A DNA stretch of 64,000 nt from Octopus bimaculoides. Taxonomy: Eukaryota. The first letter of the stretch is position 1; every line of letters begins with the position of its first letter. This document shows, piece after piece, positions 52,892-64,000 of this stretch. Location: assembly GCF_001194135.2 (NCBI RefSeq), contig NC_068999.1, positions 40,712,967-40,776,966 on the forward strand, read 5' to 3'. Below the pieces are notes generated by a model. The model ran no database searches, was not told the DNA's origin, and saw only the letters and a program-made list of their open reading frames with translations. The translations under genes and the position numbers were made by a program.

Positions 52892-55800
52892 GAATGTATT
52901 TGTGTATAATTATAAGTGAAGATCTCTGTAAACACACATAAGTGGACATGCCTCTGCACATGGGTTTGTACAAGTTTCTCTGTGTGCGAATGAGTTATTG
53001 CATCGAAATGTATTTCTGTATTGTCATAGTCCAGCCCTAACTCAGCTTCGAAAAAGGAAAAACTATTCTTAAATTGTATGCTAGCCATGACCATTGCAAC
53101 TTTCGTTTCACTCATTGTATACCAAGGACTACGTTATCCAGTATCTCTTCTTTCCTTTAGCACGAAGATTTTACTGCTATTTCTAGAAAGTCGAGTGGTT
53201 ATGTAGTGACGCCGCCGTCGCACGTATATTTGTGTGGTTGTGCGCGTTTCTACAAATGCAATTCGTGTGTTTGTGTGTGATTCCACTTTTTGAATTTGAA
53301 TTCTTCGGTAAACTTTGTATATAGGACATAGCATATCGCACTCTTTAATACCTCCAGTCGGTTCTTCGACCCTGTTAAGTGTCTACTCTGCAGGAGACAT
53401 AAACTTCAAATAATTTTCTTTCACCTCTTCGCCCCAATCTCAAAAACCTTCGTGTTATGAAATGGAAATAATGGACACCTACTCTGCTAAGTTGGTAGAG
53501 TATCGGGTAGAGTAGGCCTTGCAGTATTTTATAAGAGTCTGTCTCTCTCTACTGAATTAAAATCCTACCGAGGTGTAGACTGCTTTCCATTCTAGATTGC
53601 TATATTGCCAGTTACATAGTGGCCATTATTCTCGAACCATACCCCTCCTTCTCTCTCCATTCTCTTTCCTTTCTACTCTTCCTCTCTATCTCTCTCATTT
53701 CTACCTCCGACCCTCTCTCTTTTTTCCTTTCTACCCCCATCTCGCTCTTCTCTCTATCTCCCTCCAATATCCCTCTATTTTCTTTCTCCATCTCCCTCAC
53801 GTTTTCCACCACCTCTCCTTCCCCCTCTCTCTCTCTCTTCATTGCGACTCCATCTAGCCTTTTCCAAATTCTGAGGTTTCGCTATGAAACATTGATCAAG
53901 GACCAATATGATAAACGTTCCTGATTTAGACATGACCATGAATTACGAGCCAAGGAGTATAAGTGGGAGATATAATATAACCTCCCAGAGTCACTATTCT
54001 TGATCTCCGCTTCAAACCATCATAAGAATAGAAAAAGTAAGAAACGAAACTGGAACATAAGATACATGAAGACACCGTTGTCAACTGCCTAACTTCACAA
54101 GCGACCCAGTGAGGCAAAAAATCCCATGGCAAGTTTTCTGTTGCACAGTGTACATTATTTAATCTGTCCTTTATTCTATGACAGCAGTGTGTATATCCAA
54201 GTCCGATGTGGTTACTATTTCGAATAGCTCGAACGACTGTAGATCTTGCTTCTTTGCTGTATGAAACACAACCTAATGTACACGAGGTTGTCTGTGTATT
54301 TTCACTGTTTTAAATTTCATCCGAAAAGAATTTTTCTCTCTGAAGATTAGCGCAAATGTCACCTCTTGTTACTGACATATTCATCATATTCAAACAAAAA
54401 GAAAAAAAAGAAAGAAAAAGAACAAAGAAATATTGTTTTGGCACAACATGGCTAACATAAATCTTAATAAAATAGTTCATGAGGATATAAATTAAATTCA
54501 ATATCAGGAATATAAACTAGAACATTGTGACGTAATGCTCGGTCATGCAACCTAATATATATATACATATATATATACGTGTGTATACACTCTCACTGAC
54601 ACACACATACATACATACGCTCACCTTCTCATATTGACACAATCAGCAAATTTTCAGAATATATGAACTATAACCGATTGAATAGTTTTGTAGTTTTATT
54701 GATCTCCGCTTCACGAGAAATGAAAATGGAAGATGACCTCTCGAGATAGTTTGCGCAACATTGTTGTTTGAGCCACTCAAGTGATTTTATTGTTGGCAAT
54801 TCTACTGTTAGAGCGGTTCCCATCTCTTTCGTATGGTGAACCCAGCTTGGAAAACTGATAATCCGCAACGGCAGCCATTATAATAACATTTTTTTTAATA
54901 TTAATATATTCAAAAGTGTCGCGTTAACAGTTAATTATTTCTTTTTATTTTCTTAGGGAAATATTGTTTAGTTTTTGTTTAAGTTAAATATTATGTTGTA
55001 GCCATTATGCCAACAACTTATATTTATGATCTCCGTTCATTTAAACATTTTATCAAAATGTTTAAAGAGTAAAAGGTTTGGTTTTATGTCTCTTTTATGA
55101 ATAATATCAATATTCAATTTCCACTGCGACTAACTGGATATAGATATGCTTGTGTGTGCATGCATTTTTCTGTAGCATATTCGTGTTTTAAGGACTTTAT
55201 TTTGGAAAGTGCTTGTGACATACGCATGATAACACACACAAACAACCAATTCACATATTCCGGCATATAACACATCTTAATGGACGTACACTGCATGTCC
55301 GAGAAATTAAAGCTCTTACCTTCGATCGTTCATCGAAATTTTGATCAGTTAATACAAAGTAAATTAATATTTCCATTCATTTTTTATTTCAATTTAAATC
55401 CAAACCCTTTCCCACTGATTAGATTTGGCATTAATCCCTGATCTCCATATATATTTCAAATCCCACCCTCATTAATTAAAAATATAAGCTCTCGATATGC
55501 TATACTTATAAAACAAACAAAAAGCATGTTTGAAACTGCTAAAAAAATGTCTGTTCAAAACTGGCCAGCAGCTAGACTATATTAACAGCAACAAGACTAT
55601 GCATTTCAAAAATGAGAAACTCTTACAAGAAGCGTAAATCTATTTGTGTTATTATTTTATTGCCTCCACACTCCAACAGAATTGTGTCTGTGACAAGTTA
55701 TTGTTTATGACACCGTTATTTGACCCCGGAACACAAGAGTGATTTTAAAGTAGATACTCCTGGATTTTTCTATATAAAATATCGTTTAACGCCTGCTTCT

Positions 55801-56362
55801 TGTTATTAAACATAACAATAAGATTTGAAACAATATGCTTATACAGATGTCTACATCGCAGCTTCTGAAATTGCAGAGACAGGAGATTGTAGCTGGGTGC
55901 GCAACGTTTCATCTTAAAAGCCAATTCCTTCTCCTATCGAGTATATTAGCGTTCCAGTTTGCTAAGCGCAGACATGGTTATAGGCGCAGGCTGTGTAATT
56001 AAGAAGTCTACTTCACAATCAAGGAATCCCGCGGTCAATCCTACCAGATCCGACACCAGGGCCAGATAAATATTGCAATTTCTGTATTGAAACCGATTAC
56101 TACAACTTTGCCTCTCTTCATATGCATAGTGAAATAGGCTCACGCACACAAACATAAACAATGAACGAGAGAAATAGTAGAGTGTATCAAATGACCCCGA
56201 TTGTTTATACACACATATAACGTAAATGGATATAGATAAATGGGTGTATATAGGTATTTTATACAGGTCTGTGTTTATATTTGCGGTTACTTGTTTTGTA
56301 TGTGGATGGGCGTTTCCTTGCGCTGCCTTGTAAACTTTCACAGAAATCGCATTGTTGCCGAG

Positions 56363-56734
56363 AATATATCCGATGCTGAGGTGGCGAGCTGTCAGGATCG
56401 TTAAGACGCCTGGCGAAATGCTTAGCGGTATTTCGTCAGTCTTTACGTTCTGAGTTCAAATTCCACCGGGGTGGGCAATAAAGAAATAAATATATCCGAT
56501 GCTGAGGTGGCGAGCTGTCAGGATCGTTAAGAAGCCGGGCGAAATGCTTAGCGGTATTTCGTCAGTCTTTACGTTCTGAGTTCAAATTCCGCCGCGGTCA
56601 ACTTTGCCTTTCATCCTTTCGTGGTCGATAAATTAAGTACCAGTTGCATACTAGAGTCGATCTAACCGACTGGCCCCCTACCCCCAAAATTTCGGGCCTT
56701 GTGCATAGAGTAGAAAAGAATATATCTCATGCTG
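56363..56734 (+). mobile_element. SINE family B with 18-bp TSD, preceded by a 106-bp duplication of its flank and head plus a 20-nt tail stub
   Basis: 56363-56468 and 56489-56594 differ at 3 positions; insert gggtgggcaataaagaaata; TSD-like agaatatatccgatgctg (56361) and agaatatatctcatgctg (about 56717). Confidence 0.88.
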
Positions 56735-57419
56735 TTGTTGATGTGCTACACATCAAACTTAATTGAACAGATAGGTGATCAGATGGAGTTGGCCAACAAA
56801 AATTATTCAAATCAATCGATACAAACAATAGGATTAAAGATTATGTATGTAATCTATGCTATATTACTAAATTTAGTACCAGCTAATCTTGTTGTTGTAA
56901 TCAGCTTCGATATTGTTATTGTCTCCCTTCACTTCATCTGGTTTAGCCGACATTAATAGTTGAGATAGTTCAACCGTATTAATCATTGTCTTTTATTCAG
57001 ACATATCTTTATTATGTCTGTTGCGTAATACAATCCTAATTATTACAGACATGTGTTGGATATGATTTGCTGCAGACTTCACTACTATTTCTAACACGTC
57101 TATCTACCACAAGCATTTTTCTTCATTGGTTTTAATTCGAACCAGATTTTTGTTGCTGTCTACCCCACTCTCACTTTCTCATAATTTCTTTTTCTCCTTT
57201 CTCTCTTTCTCTCTCTCTCTATCTCTCTCTCCTATCCGCTCTTTAATCCAAGGATAATTAAAAATTAATCAACGAGAATCTTCAGGAAGATGTGATTAAT
57301 AAATGTCGATTCATTAGAAAATCTAATATGAATGTTTGTTAAAAACAACTGAACAAAGGTCGCAATATCTATCTACCTGTCTGGCTATCTGTCTGTCTAT
57401 CTATCTATCTGTCTATCTA

Positions 57420-57549
57420 TTCATTCTATTGGTGTCTTGTGCCGAACCGCTAAGTGACGGAGGCGTAAACACACCAACATCGGTTGTCAAACGATGGTGG
57501 GGTGCAGCAAACTCAGACACACAAGCATATATATATATATATATATATA
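57420..57549 (-). mobile_element. SINE family A fragment running into gap
   Basis: tgccgaaccgctaagtgacggaggcgtaaacacaccaacatcggttgtcaa. Confidence 0.8.
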
Positions 57550-58070
57550 NNNNNNNNNNNNNNNNNNNNNNNNNNNNNNNNNNNNNNNNNNNNNNNNNNN
57601 NNNNNNNNNNNNNNNNNNNNNNNNNNNNNNNNNNNNNNNNNNNNNNNNNNNNNNNNNNNNNNNNNNNNNNNNNNNNNNNNNNNNNNNNNNNNNNNNNNNN
57701 NNNNNNNNNNNNNNNNNNNNNNNNNNNNNNNNNNNNNNNNNNNNNNNNNNNNNNNNNNNNNNNNNNNNNNNNNNNNNNNNNNNNNNNNNNNNNNNNNNNN
57801 NNNNNNNNNNNNNNNNNNNNNNNNNNNNNNNNNNNNNNNNNNNNNNNNNNNNNNNNNNNNNNNNNNNNNNNNNNNNNNNNNNNNNNNNNNNNNNNNNNNN
57901 NNNNNNNNNNNNNNNNNNNNNNNNNNNNNNNNNNNNNNNNNNNNNNNNNNNNNNNNNNNNNNNNNNNNNNNNNNNNNNNNNNNNNNNNNNNNNNNNNNNN
58001 NNNNNNNNNNNNNNNNNNNNNNNNNNNNNNNNNNNNNNNNNNNNNNNNNNNNNNNNNNNNNNNNNNNNNN

Positions 58071-58108
<38 letters not shown>

Positions 58109-58249
58109 CGCTTTGCGATTTGCTTTTAGGTACATACAATATCGATAGTGAGAGATGCACGTTGGAGATAGAAGTTACAAATACTTGCGTTGTCAATTTC
58201 TTATTATTTGTCTAAACAGCTGTCTTAAGACGATCATTTTAACTTTAAT

Positions 58250-58409
58250 CGGGGAGCGACTCACTCCCTATATCACTTTCTACATATCCCTCTCTTTTTT
58301 CCTCCCCACTCTCTCTCTCTCTCTCTCTCTCAATATGTCTGCTTCAATGTCTTCTCTCGTTACCTCTCTCTCTCTCTCTCACTCTTTCTATCTCTCTGTG
58401 TCTCCCTCC

Positions 58410-58449
<40 letters not shown>

Positions 58450-58821
58450 TTGTGTCTCTATCTCTTACATGCCCAAAGTTCTTTTAAATATTAAACTCCC
58501 TTTATTTGCCAAACACTTTCTTTTTTTCTACTCTTCTATCTCTCCCTATTTCACTATCTCTCTATCTACCTCTTACTCCCCCCTCTTTCTCTCTTTGCTT
58601 CATTTTTTCTCATTCTTTTTTTCTATTTCCCTCTCAATTCTGATTTCATTCTCTTCCTCATCACACGATAAATACACAAATGTGTATGTGTAATCTTTAA
58701 GCGGCAGAAGTTACAAACTGACTCAAAAACCGAGAGCTAGCTACACAAATGGCCACCCCAATATACTATCTATCTATTTATCTATCTATCTGTTTTTCTA
58801 TCTCTTTGTCGCTCTCTTTCC

Positions 58822-58885
<64 letters not shown>

Positions 58886-59200
58886 GTCTGTCTCGCTCTA
58901 TCTCTTTCTTTTTGTCTCTGTCTGTCCCTACCTATCTATCTCGCTCACTCTATCTATCTTCGTCTCTCTCGCTCTCTCACTCTCTATATACATTTTTCAC
59001 TGTCGCTTTCTCTCATTTTCTCCCCCCCCCTCTCTCTCTCTGCCTCCTTTCTGTCTTTCTGTCTCTCTGTCACGCTCTCGCCCACTCTCTTGCTCTTTTT
59101 CTGTCTCTCGCTCAATCTCTCTCTCTTTCTTGCGCATTATCTCTCCCTCTCTCCCTGTCTCTCCCCTTCTCTCAGAGTACCTTCTATATCTTTCTAAATC
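58250..59200. repeat. Polypyrimidine (CT)n-rich tract
   Basis: C/T-dominated on the + strand. Confidence 0.9.
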
Positions 59201-59859
59201 TGAAAAATATTTCTGAATACCTAACAGAAAACATTCAGACAAATCTAGAATCACTCGCACCCATCACTCCCATAGCCTCACCCCGCTCGCCATCTCTTAA
59301 AACACATGAAGAATACGATGGTGCCATTTAGATGAGAATCGATTCTCTGTGTGTCATAGATATGTCTTGGGATTAACTAGTAGAAAGAAAATATCTTCAG
59401 ACTATAAAGTATTTATGTATTTGTAGGTGCAGCTATGTATTATGTATATCTACACACACACGTATATATGTTTGCGCTTATGCAAATAAGAACCACTACA
59501 TATACGTAATCTACATATATACGCATAAATGGTTGTAAATATATGTATACATATATATACGCATTTATAAGTGCATATGAATATATGCATGTATAAGTAA
59601 CATAAATATACACGTAAATTTAAAGTGAAAAGTGCAAGTCGACCTCAGCAAGACTCGAACTCAGAATGTCGAGATACCAGCTAGGAATAGATAAGTAGGG
59701 AGTCGAGACAAAATTATTTCGTAATATTTTAAGACATATATTTTGGTTTTCCTGTTCGTAAATATTTTATGAAAGATCAAAAAGATGGCTTTGTTGATGA
59801 TGATGGTGATGACGATTGATCTCTGACGGTGATGATGATGATGCTTATCCTTTTTTCTT

Positions 59860-60445
59860 GTTTGTCATTGGACTGCGGCCATGACGCAGCATCGCCTTGA
59901 AAGGTTTAGTCGAACAAATCGATCTCAGCACTTATTTTTTTTTTTTAAGCCTGGTAGGCACTTATACAATCGGTCTCATTTTTGCCGAACCGCTAAGTTA
60001 CAAGGACAGACAATCCAACACCAGTTGAAAAGCGGTGTGGAGGAGGGTACAAACGCGCGCACACATACACAGAAATACACACACACACACACACACACAC
60101 ACANNNNNNNNNNNNNNNNNNNNNNNNNNNNNNNNNNNNNNNNNNNNNNNNNNNNNNNNNNNNNNNNNNNNNNNNNNNNNNNNNAGTTGTATGAACAAAA
60201 GGCAAGTGTACTGGTTTGACGCTTGGGAAAGTGAGAAAGCCTTTTATGTTTCGAGCCTACGCTCCCCAACTGGAAAGAATGAGCAAATAAACAGAGAGAA
60301 TGAAAGGAACTTGTAGATTTCACTGGTAGACACCCCCCACACACACACACACACCCACACACACACATATATATACGATGGGCTTCTACCAGTTTCTGGC
60401 TACCAAATCCATAAGTAATTCTGGTGGCCCGGCGCTATAGTAGAC
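59860..60445 (-). mobile_element. SINE family A with a family P fragment (60185-60330) nested in its internal microsatellite
   Basis: SINE 3' half 59860-60060, (CA)n and gap, foreign segment, (CA)n, then tatacgatgggcttct...cacttgcccaagg. Confidence 0.75.
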
Positions 60446-60779
60446 ACTTGCCCAAGGGTACTTAACTGGTATTTCATTTTGTCGATACACGTGTGATGAA
60501 AAATGATATATGGTATTTGAAGTTTGTATGTAGAACCGGAATTAATACGGTGAAATATTCTTCCCCACGATCTGGTGATTCTGTTAAATTACTACTCTTT
60601 GAATTTTTCAGTATAAGATATGAAATTTAGGTAGAGGAGATGGTTTAATCAAGGGAATAAGGACCAGTATTCAACTGGTACATTATGTTATGGTCCCTTG
60701 GTTGACCTGTTATTAAATATCCCAAAGCATTTTATCCGATGGTCTGTCAATCCTGCTAGTTTACAGCTCTTTAAATTTG

Positions 60780-60960
60780 TGCCCCCAGAAACCTAAAATT
60801 TGTGGGGGTGGAATCGATTAAATTACCCTAACTATTTGACTAGTACTTTAAATTAGAGCTGTTAATGAAAATTGATCGCATCAGAACTTGAACTCAGAAC
60901 GTAAATTCCTGTTATCAAATACCGTTTGTCATTTTCCCTGTACGCTAACGATTCTCTCTG
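60780..60960 (-). mobile_element. SINE family B, degenerate
   Basis: aaatttgtgggggtggaatcgattaaattaccc...ttgaactcagaacgta...gctaacgattct. Confidence 0.6.
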
Positions 60961-61639
60961 CAAACGATCGACATTGATTTAGTAGTAGAATGAGTAATAA
61001 TTCCATTTAAAATCGGTTTCTTACGTGATACACTTCATATTCGTTTACTGATAGATTATAATTAACGGTAATTAACCTCCACTTTAATTGGCATATGTTA
61101 CTTAACAGATGACAAAATCCCAGCAATTAATTGAATAACATTTAATCTGTTAATGCGCTAGATTTAGTTCTGAAATAACATAAGTCCTTTAGTGAGTCGG
61201 GGGTGTTTGGGGCAAATAAATATAGAAAATGTTGATACATGTGCGTTAAATATAATATTAATTCATCGACCTTGTCGGAAGAAAATTGCAGGAAAAGTGC
61301 CAAAAGTCAAAGCAGATTATGTCAGTTAAACTCTGCAAGAATATCTTCGTTTTCCTTGCTATTTATTCCTTCATGTTATTTAACTCCAAATCAGTTCTAT
61401 ATTCAAAAGCAATTCAAACAAAGCCAAGTTTTACTATTTACCTATATTTATCACTAATTTCAGCAATGCTCCTTTATTTTGTAGGACTGTTAACCTTTTA
61501 TTTGACGGAAATTTGGCTGCTATTTCCAGCATGTATAGTGATTATACTTACGTTATTTTCTCGATTCTAAATGTGCTGGAAAGCACGACATGCTGCCAGA
61601 TAATCTGGGCCCAGTGATCCGTCACACATTACGTTTCTA

Positions 61640-61730
61640 TATTTCACCTAGTGTGAAACCAATCAACGTATCGCGGGACGGGGCAGGCCAGCGCGCGGGG
61701 TTCGCTCCACGTTACATAATTATAAGAAAT
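61640..61730 (+). promoter_or_regulatory. CpG-rich promoter-like cluster
   Basis: CCAAT (61659), GC-rich gcgggacggggcaggccagcgcgcgggg, CACGTT (61708), GTTACATAAT (61711), TATAAG (61721). Confidence 0.3.
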
Positions 61731-61759
61731 GTCTCCTCTGCTTCGTGTGACTGTGTGTG

Positions 61760-61890
61760 GCTGTGTGATAAGAAGTTTGCTTCCTATTCACACGGTTCTT
61801 GGTTCATTCCCACTGCATGGCACTCTGGACAAGCTTCGTGAGTGGATTTTGTAGATGTAAACTGAAATAGGCCTGTGTGTGTTTTATGTA
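61760..61890 (+). mobile_element. SINE family A 5' part
   Basis: tggctgtgtgataagaagtttgcttcc...ggttcattcccactgcatggcac...gtgagtggatttt. Confidence 0.7.
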
Positions 61891-63279
61891 TGTGTTCTAA
61901 CGATTCTGCTAGCTTGCTGCCATAAAATGCTCATTAATATACGTGTGTGTGTGTGTGGATTTTAATCAAGATAGCAAACATTAAACAAATTTATGAAACA
62001 ATATATGAGGTGATAAATATATTTAGAATACAATTTTGATTTGTTTCGTCTTCTTTTGCTTTTAAATGTTAATATGGAGAGAAGGAAAACCGCTCATAGA
62101 CATTTTGTCTTGTGTTTTACAACTAAGGAATACATACACTAACAAAGGAACCGAACGTGTTGTATGGTATAAACAGCAGACGCTGCTGTGTCGTGCGTTT
62201 AATTGTAGTAACAGGATTCAACGGACAAGACACCAACTGATCTACATAAATACTTCCGTTCTATTATAATTGCTAGTTGCAAATAATAGTTGAAAACGTC
62301 CATTTTAAAGCTTTTCATGTTAGTTATAGGATTATCTTGTATTTTGAATTGTACAAGCATAATCACGTTAAAATATTGCTGTAGTTTGTCGTTCTGATTT
62401 GATCCTGTTAGTTAATCTTCTATTGTACTTAGCGAATAGTTACTGTGATTTTTACGTGCACATCATACAACCCAAGAACGTTTCTAAATATTTCATGTTT
62501 GATTTTGCCGTGTATATAACTGACGTATACAAATAGGTATAGTATCTCACTGTGGCTTGATGCAAATTACTGTGAACATCTTAATACTGAGGCTTTAGAC
62601 AAAAATACTTAACAGTTTTGAATCCAATTTTATGTTTTAAGTTCACTTCCCGCCCATCCAGATCACCATTGCCTTTCATCCTTCTGGGGTCGGTAAATAA
62701 AGCATCAGTGTAGAGATAGTGAACAGACCAAATGAATGGTTGTATTTGTACCTCTTCTTTAGGTCATGAATTCAAATCCCGCCATGGTCTGTTCTGTGAC
62801 TAAATTTAATGCAACACCTGGCTTAGCATAAGATACTTGAGTACATAAATGGAGTCCACTCCTACGATAATCTGAGTCTGGTCTCCGATTTAAGAATATC
62901 TTCCTGTCTCTCTCTCACGAGTTACGGGCGCTCTGTAAAGGGGTATAGGTATTACCCTCCCCGCTAATTCAGCAGTAATATTGTTTAAAGACATATTAAA
63001 ATATACTAAGAGACTGTGTTATAATCCTGGTTACAAACATAATCAGAGATTGTACACTACAATTAGTTTGAATTACGTTAAGTTTCAGGTAGTTTCAGTT
63101 AGCTTCTAATAGTTGATGGCTGCTTTTTCAATTAATTTCACCCAATGCTTCAAAATCTCTGTGACATTGCTATACGCAGTAAAATATACACTTACCTGTG
63201 TATAAAAATGGATGGATATGAGTAGTCGCAAATGGGATGTCGCTTATTCTTATAGATGATAGAGAGATAAACTGGCTCT

Positions 63280-63590
63280 TCGCGCGATACGACGATGTGG
63301 GTTCTAGTCGACCCGATCAACGGAGTAGCCTGCTCGTGAAATTAAAGTGCGTGTGGCTGAGCACTTCACAGACATGCGTACTCTTAAGGGTAGTTGTTAG
63401 GGAGATTCATGGTGACACAGAATGTGACTAGGCTGGTCCTTTGAAATACAGGTACAGCTCATATTTACCTGCTGAGTGGGCTGGAGTAATGTGGAATAAA
63501 GTGTCTTGCTCAATGACAGAATGTGTCGTCGGGAATCGAACTCACAACCTTACAATAGTGAGCCGAAAACCTTAACCACTAAGCCACTTG
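63280..63590 (-). mobile_element. SINE family C (head type 2), near full length
   Basis: Reverse complement of 24015-24320; head gtggcttagtggttaagg...gagttcgattccc. Confidence 0.85.
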
Positions 63591-63706
63591 ACTCTCTTCA
63601 GATAGAGGGCATAAGAGACAATAACAACCACAACATGAGTTACATTTATAATCACACTGAGTCTCTACAGCAGTCACTTGATCGTTTAGAAATATCAAAC
63701 ACAGGC

Positions 63707-64000
63707 GCAGGCGTGGCTGTGTGTTTCAGAAGCTTGATTTACAACCACCTAGTTTCGAGTTCAGTTCCACTCCGTGGTACCTTCTGCAAGTATCTTGTTC
63801 TATATTCCCAGGCTTTATGGGGGAATTTGTTGGCCAGAGACTGTGCGGGATCCTGTCTATATGTGTACATGTTTGTGTTTATTTTCTTATTTTGCAACCG
63901 GTGTTGATTTGCCTACGTCTTCGTAACATAGCGGTTCAACAAAAACATGTCGATTGAATAAGTACCGGACTTAAAATTAAGTATCGATTTCTTTGAGTAA
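63707..64000 (+). mobile_element. SINE family A, cut by window end
   Basis: gcaggcgtggctgtgtg...ttcgagttcagttccactccgtggtacc...gcaaccggtg...tagcggttc. Confidence 0.78.

Noticed and set aside
54668-54868. Short ORFs and a signal-peptide-like + strand stretch (ATQVILLLAILLLERF)
   Set aside because: Interrupted by in-frame stops on both sides; no supporting splice sites.
55946-56341. 131-aa minus-strand ORF
   Set aside because: No recognisable domain or splice context; the length is unremarkable by chance.

Overview
AT-rich animal (metazoan) draft-assembly DNA with 15 N-gaps, most flanked by (TA)n or (CA/TG)n microsatellites. The repeat content (three tRNA-headed SINE families, very dense microsatellites) resembles an octopod cephalopod such as Octopus; this is inference from repeat style, not a database match. 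No intact protein-coding gene is supported, and nearly all ORF-track entries are microsatellite, gap or low-complexity artefacts. The recognisable coding remnants are all decayed non-LTR retrotransposons: two RTE-clade fragments (about 10.0-11.6 kb and 16.9-17.35 kb), an R4/Dong-like restriction-like endonuclease fragment (31.4-31.8 kb) and a Tx1/L1 3' end with a perfect 18-bp target-site duplication (TSD) (35.36-35.87 kb). Also present are a mariner-type MITE, a fold-back element, two long inverted-repeat elements and a Penelope-like terminal family with a degenerate hammerhead-like motif. Non-repeat signals worth testing are: a 64-bp near-perfect palindrome (pre-miRNA-sized) at 24.5 kb; a TATA box with a candidate short first exon and consensus donor at 23.3 kb; a candidate 10-nt microexon at 36.2 kb; a CpG-rich low-complexity block with a canonical 107-nt intron and twin YY1 motifs at 41.2-42.6 kb; and a 106-bp duplication bracketing a 20-nt SINE tail stub at 56.4 kb. 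The window looks like intronic or regulatory territory of a large gene or intergenic DNA. I found no firm evidence for a wholly new biological system, so all hunt items are hypotheses.
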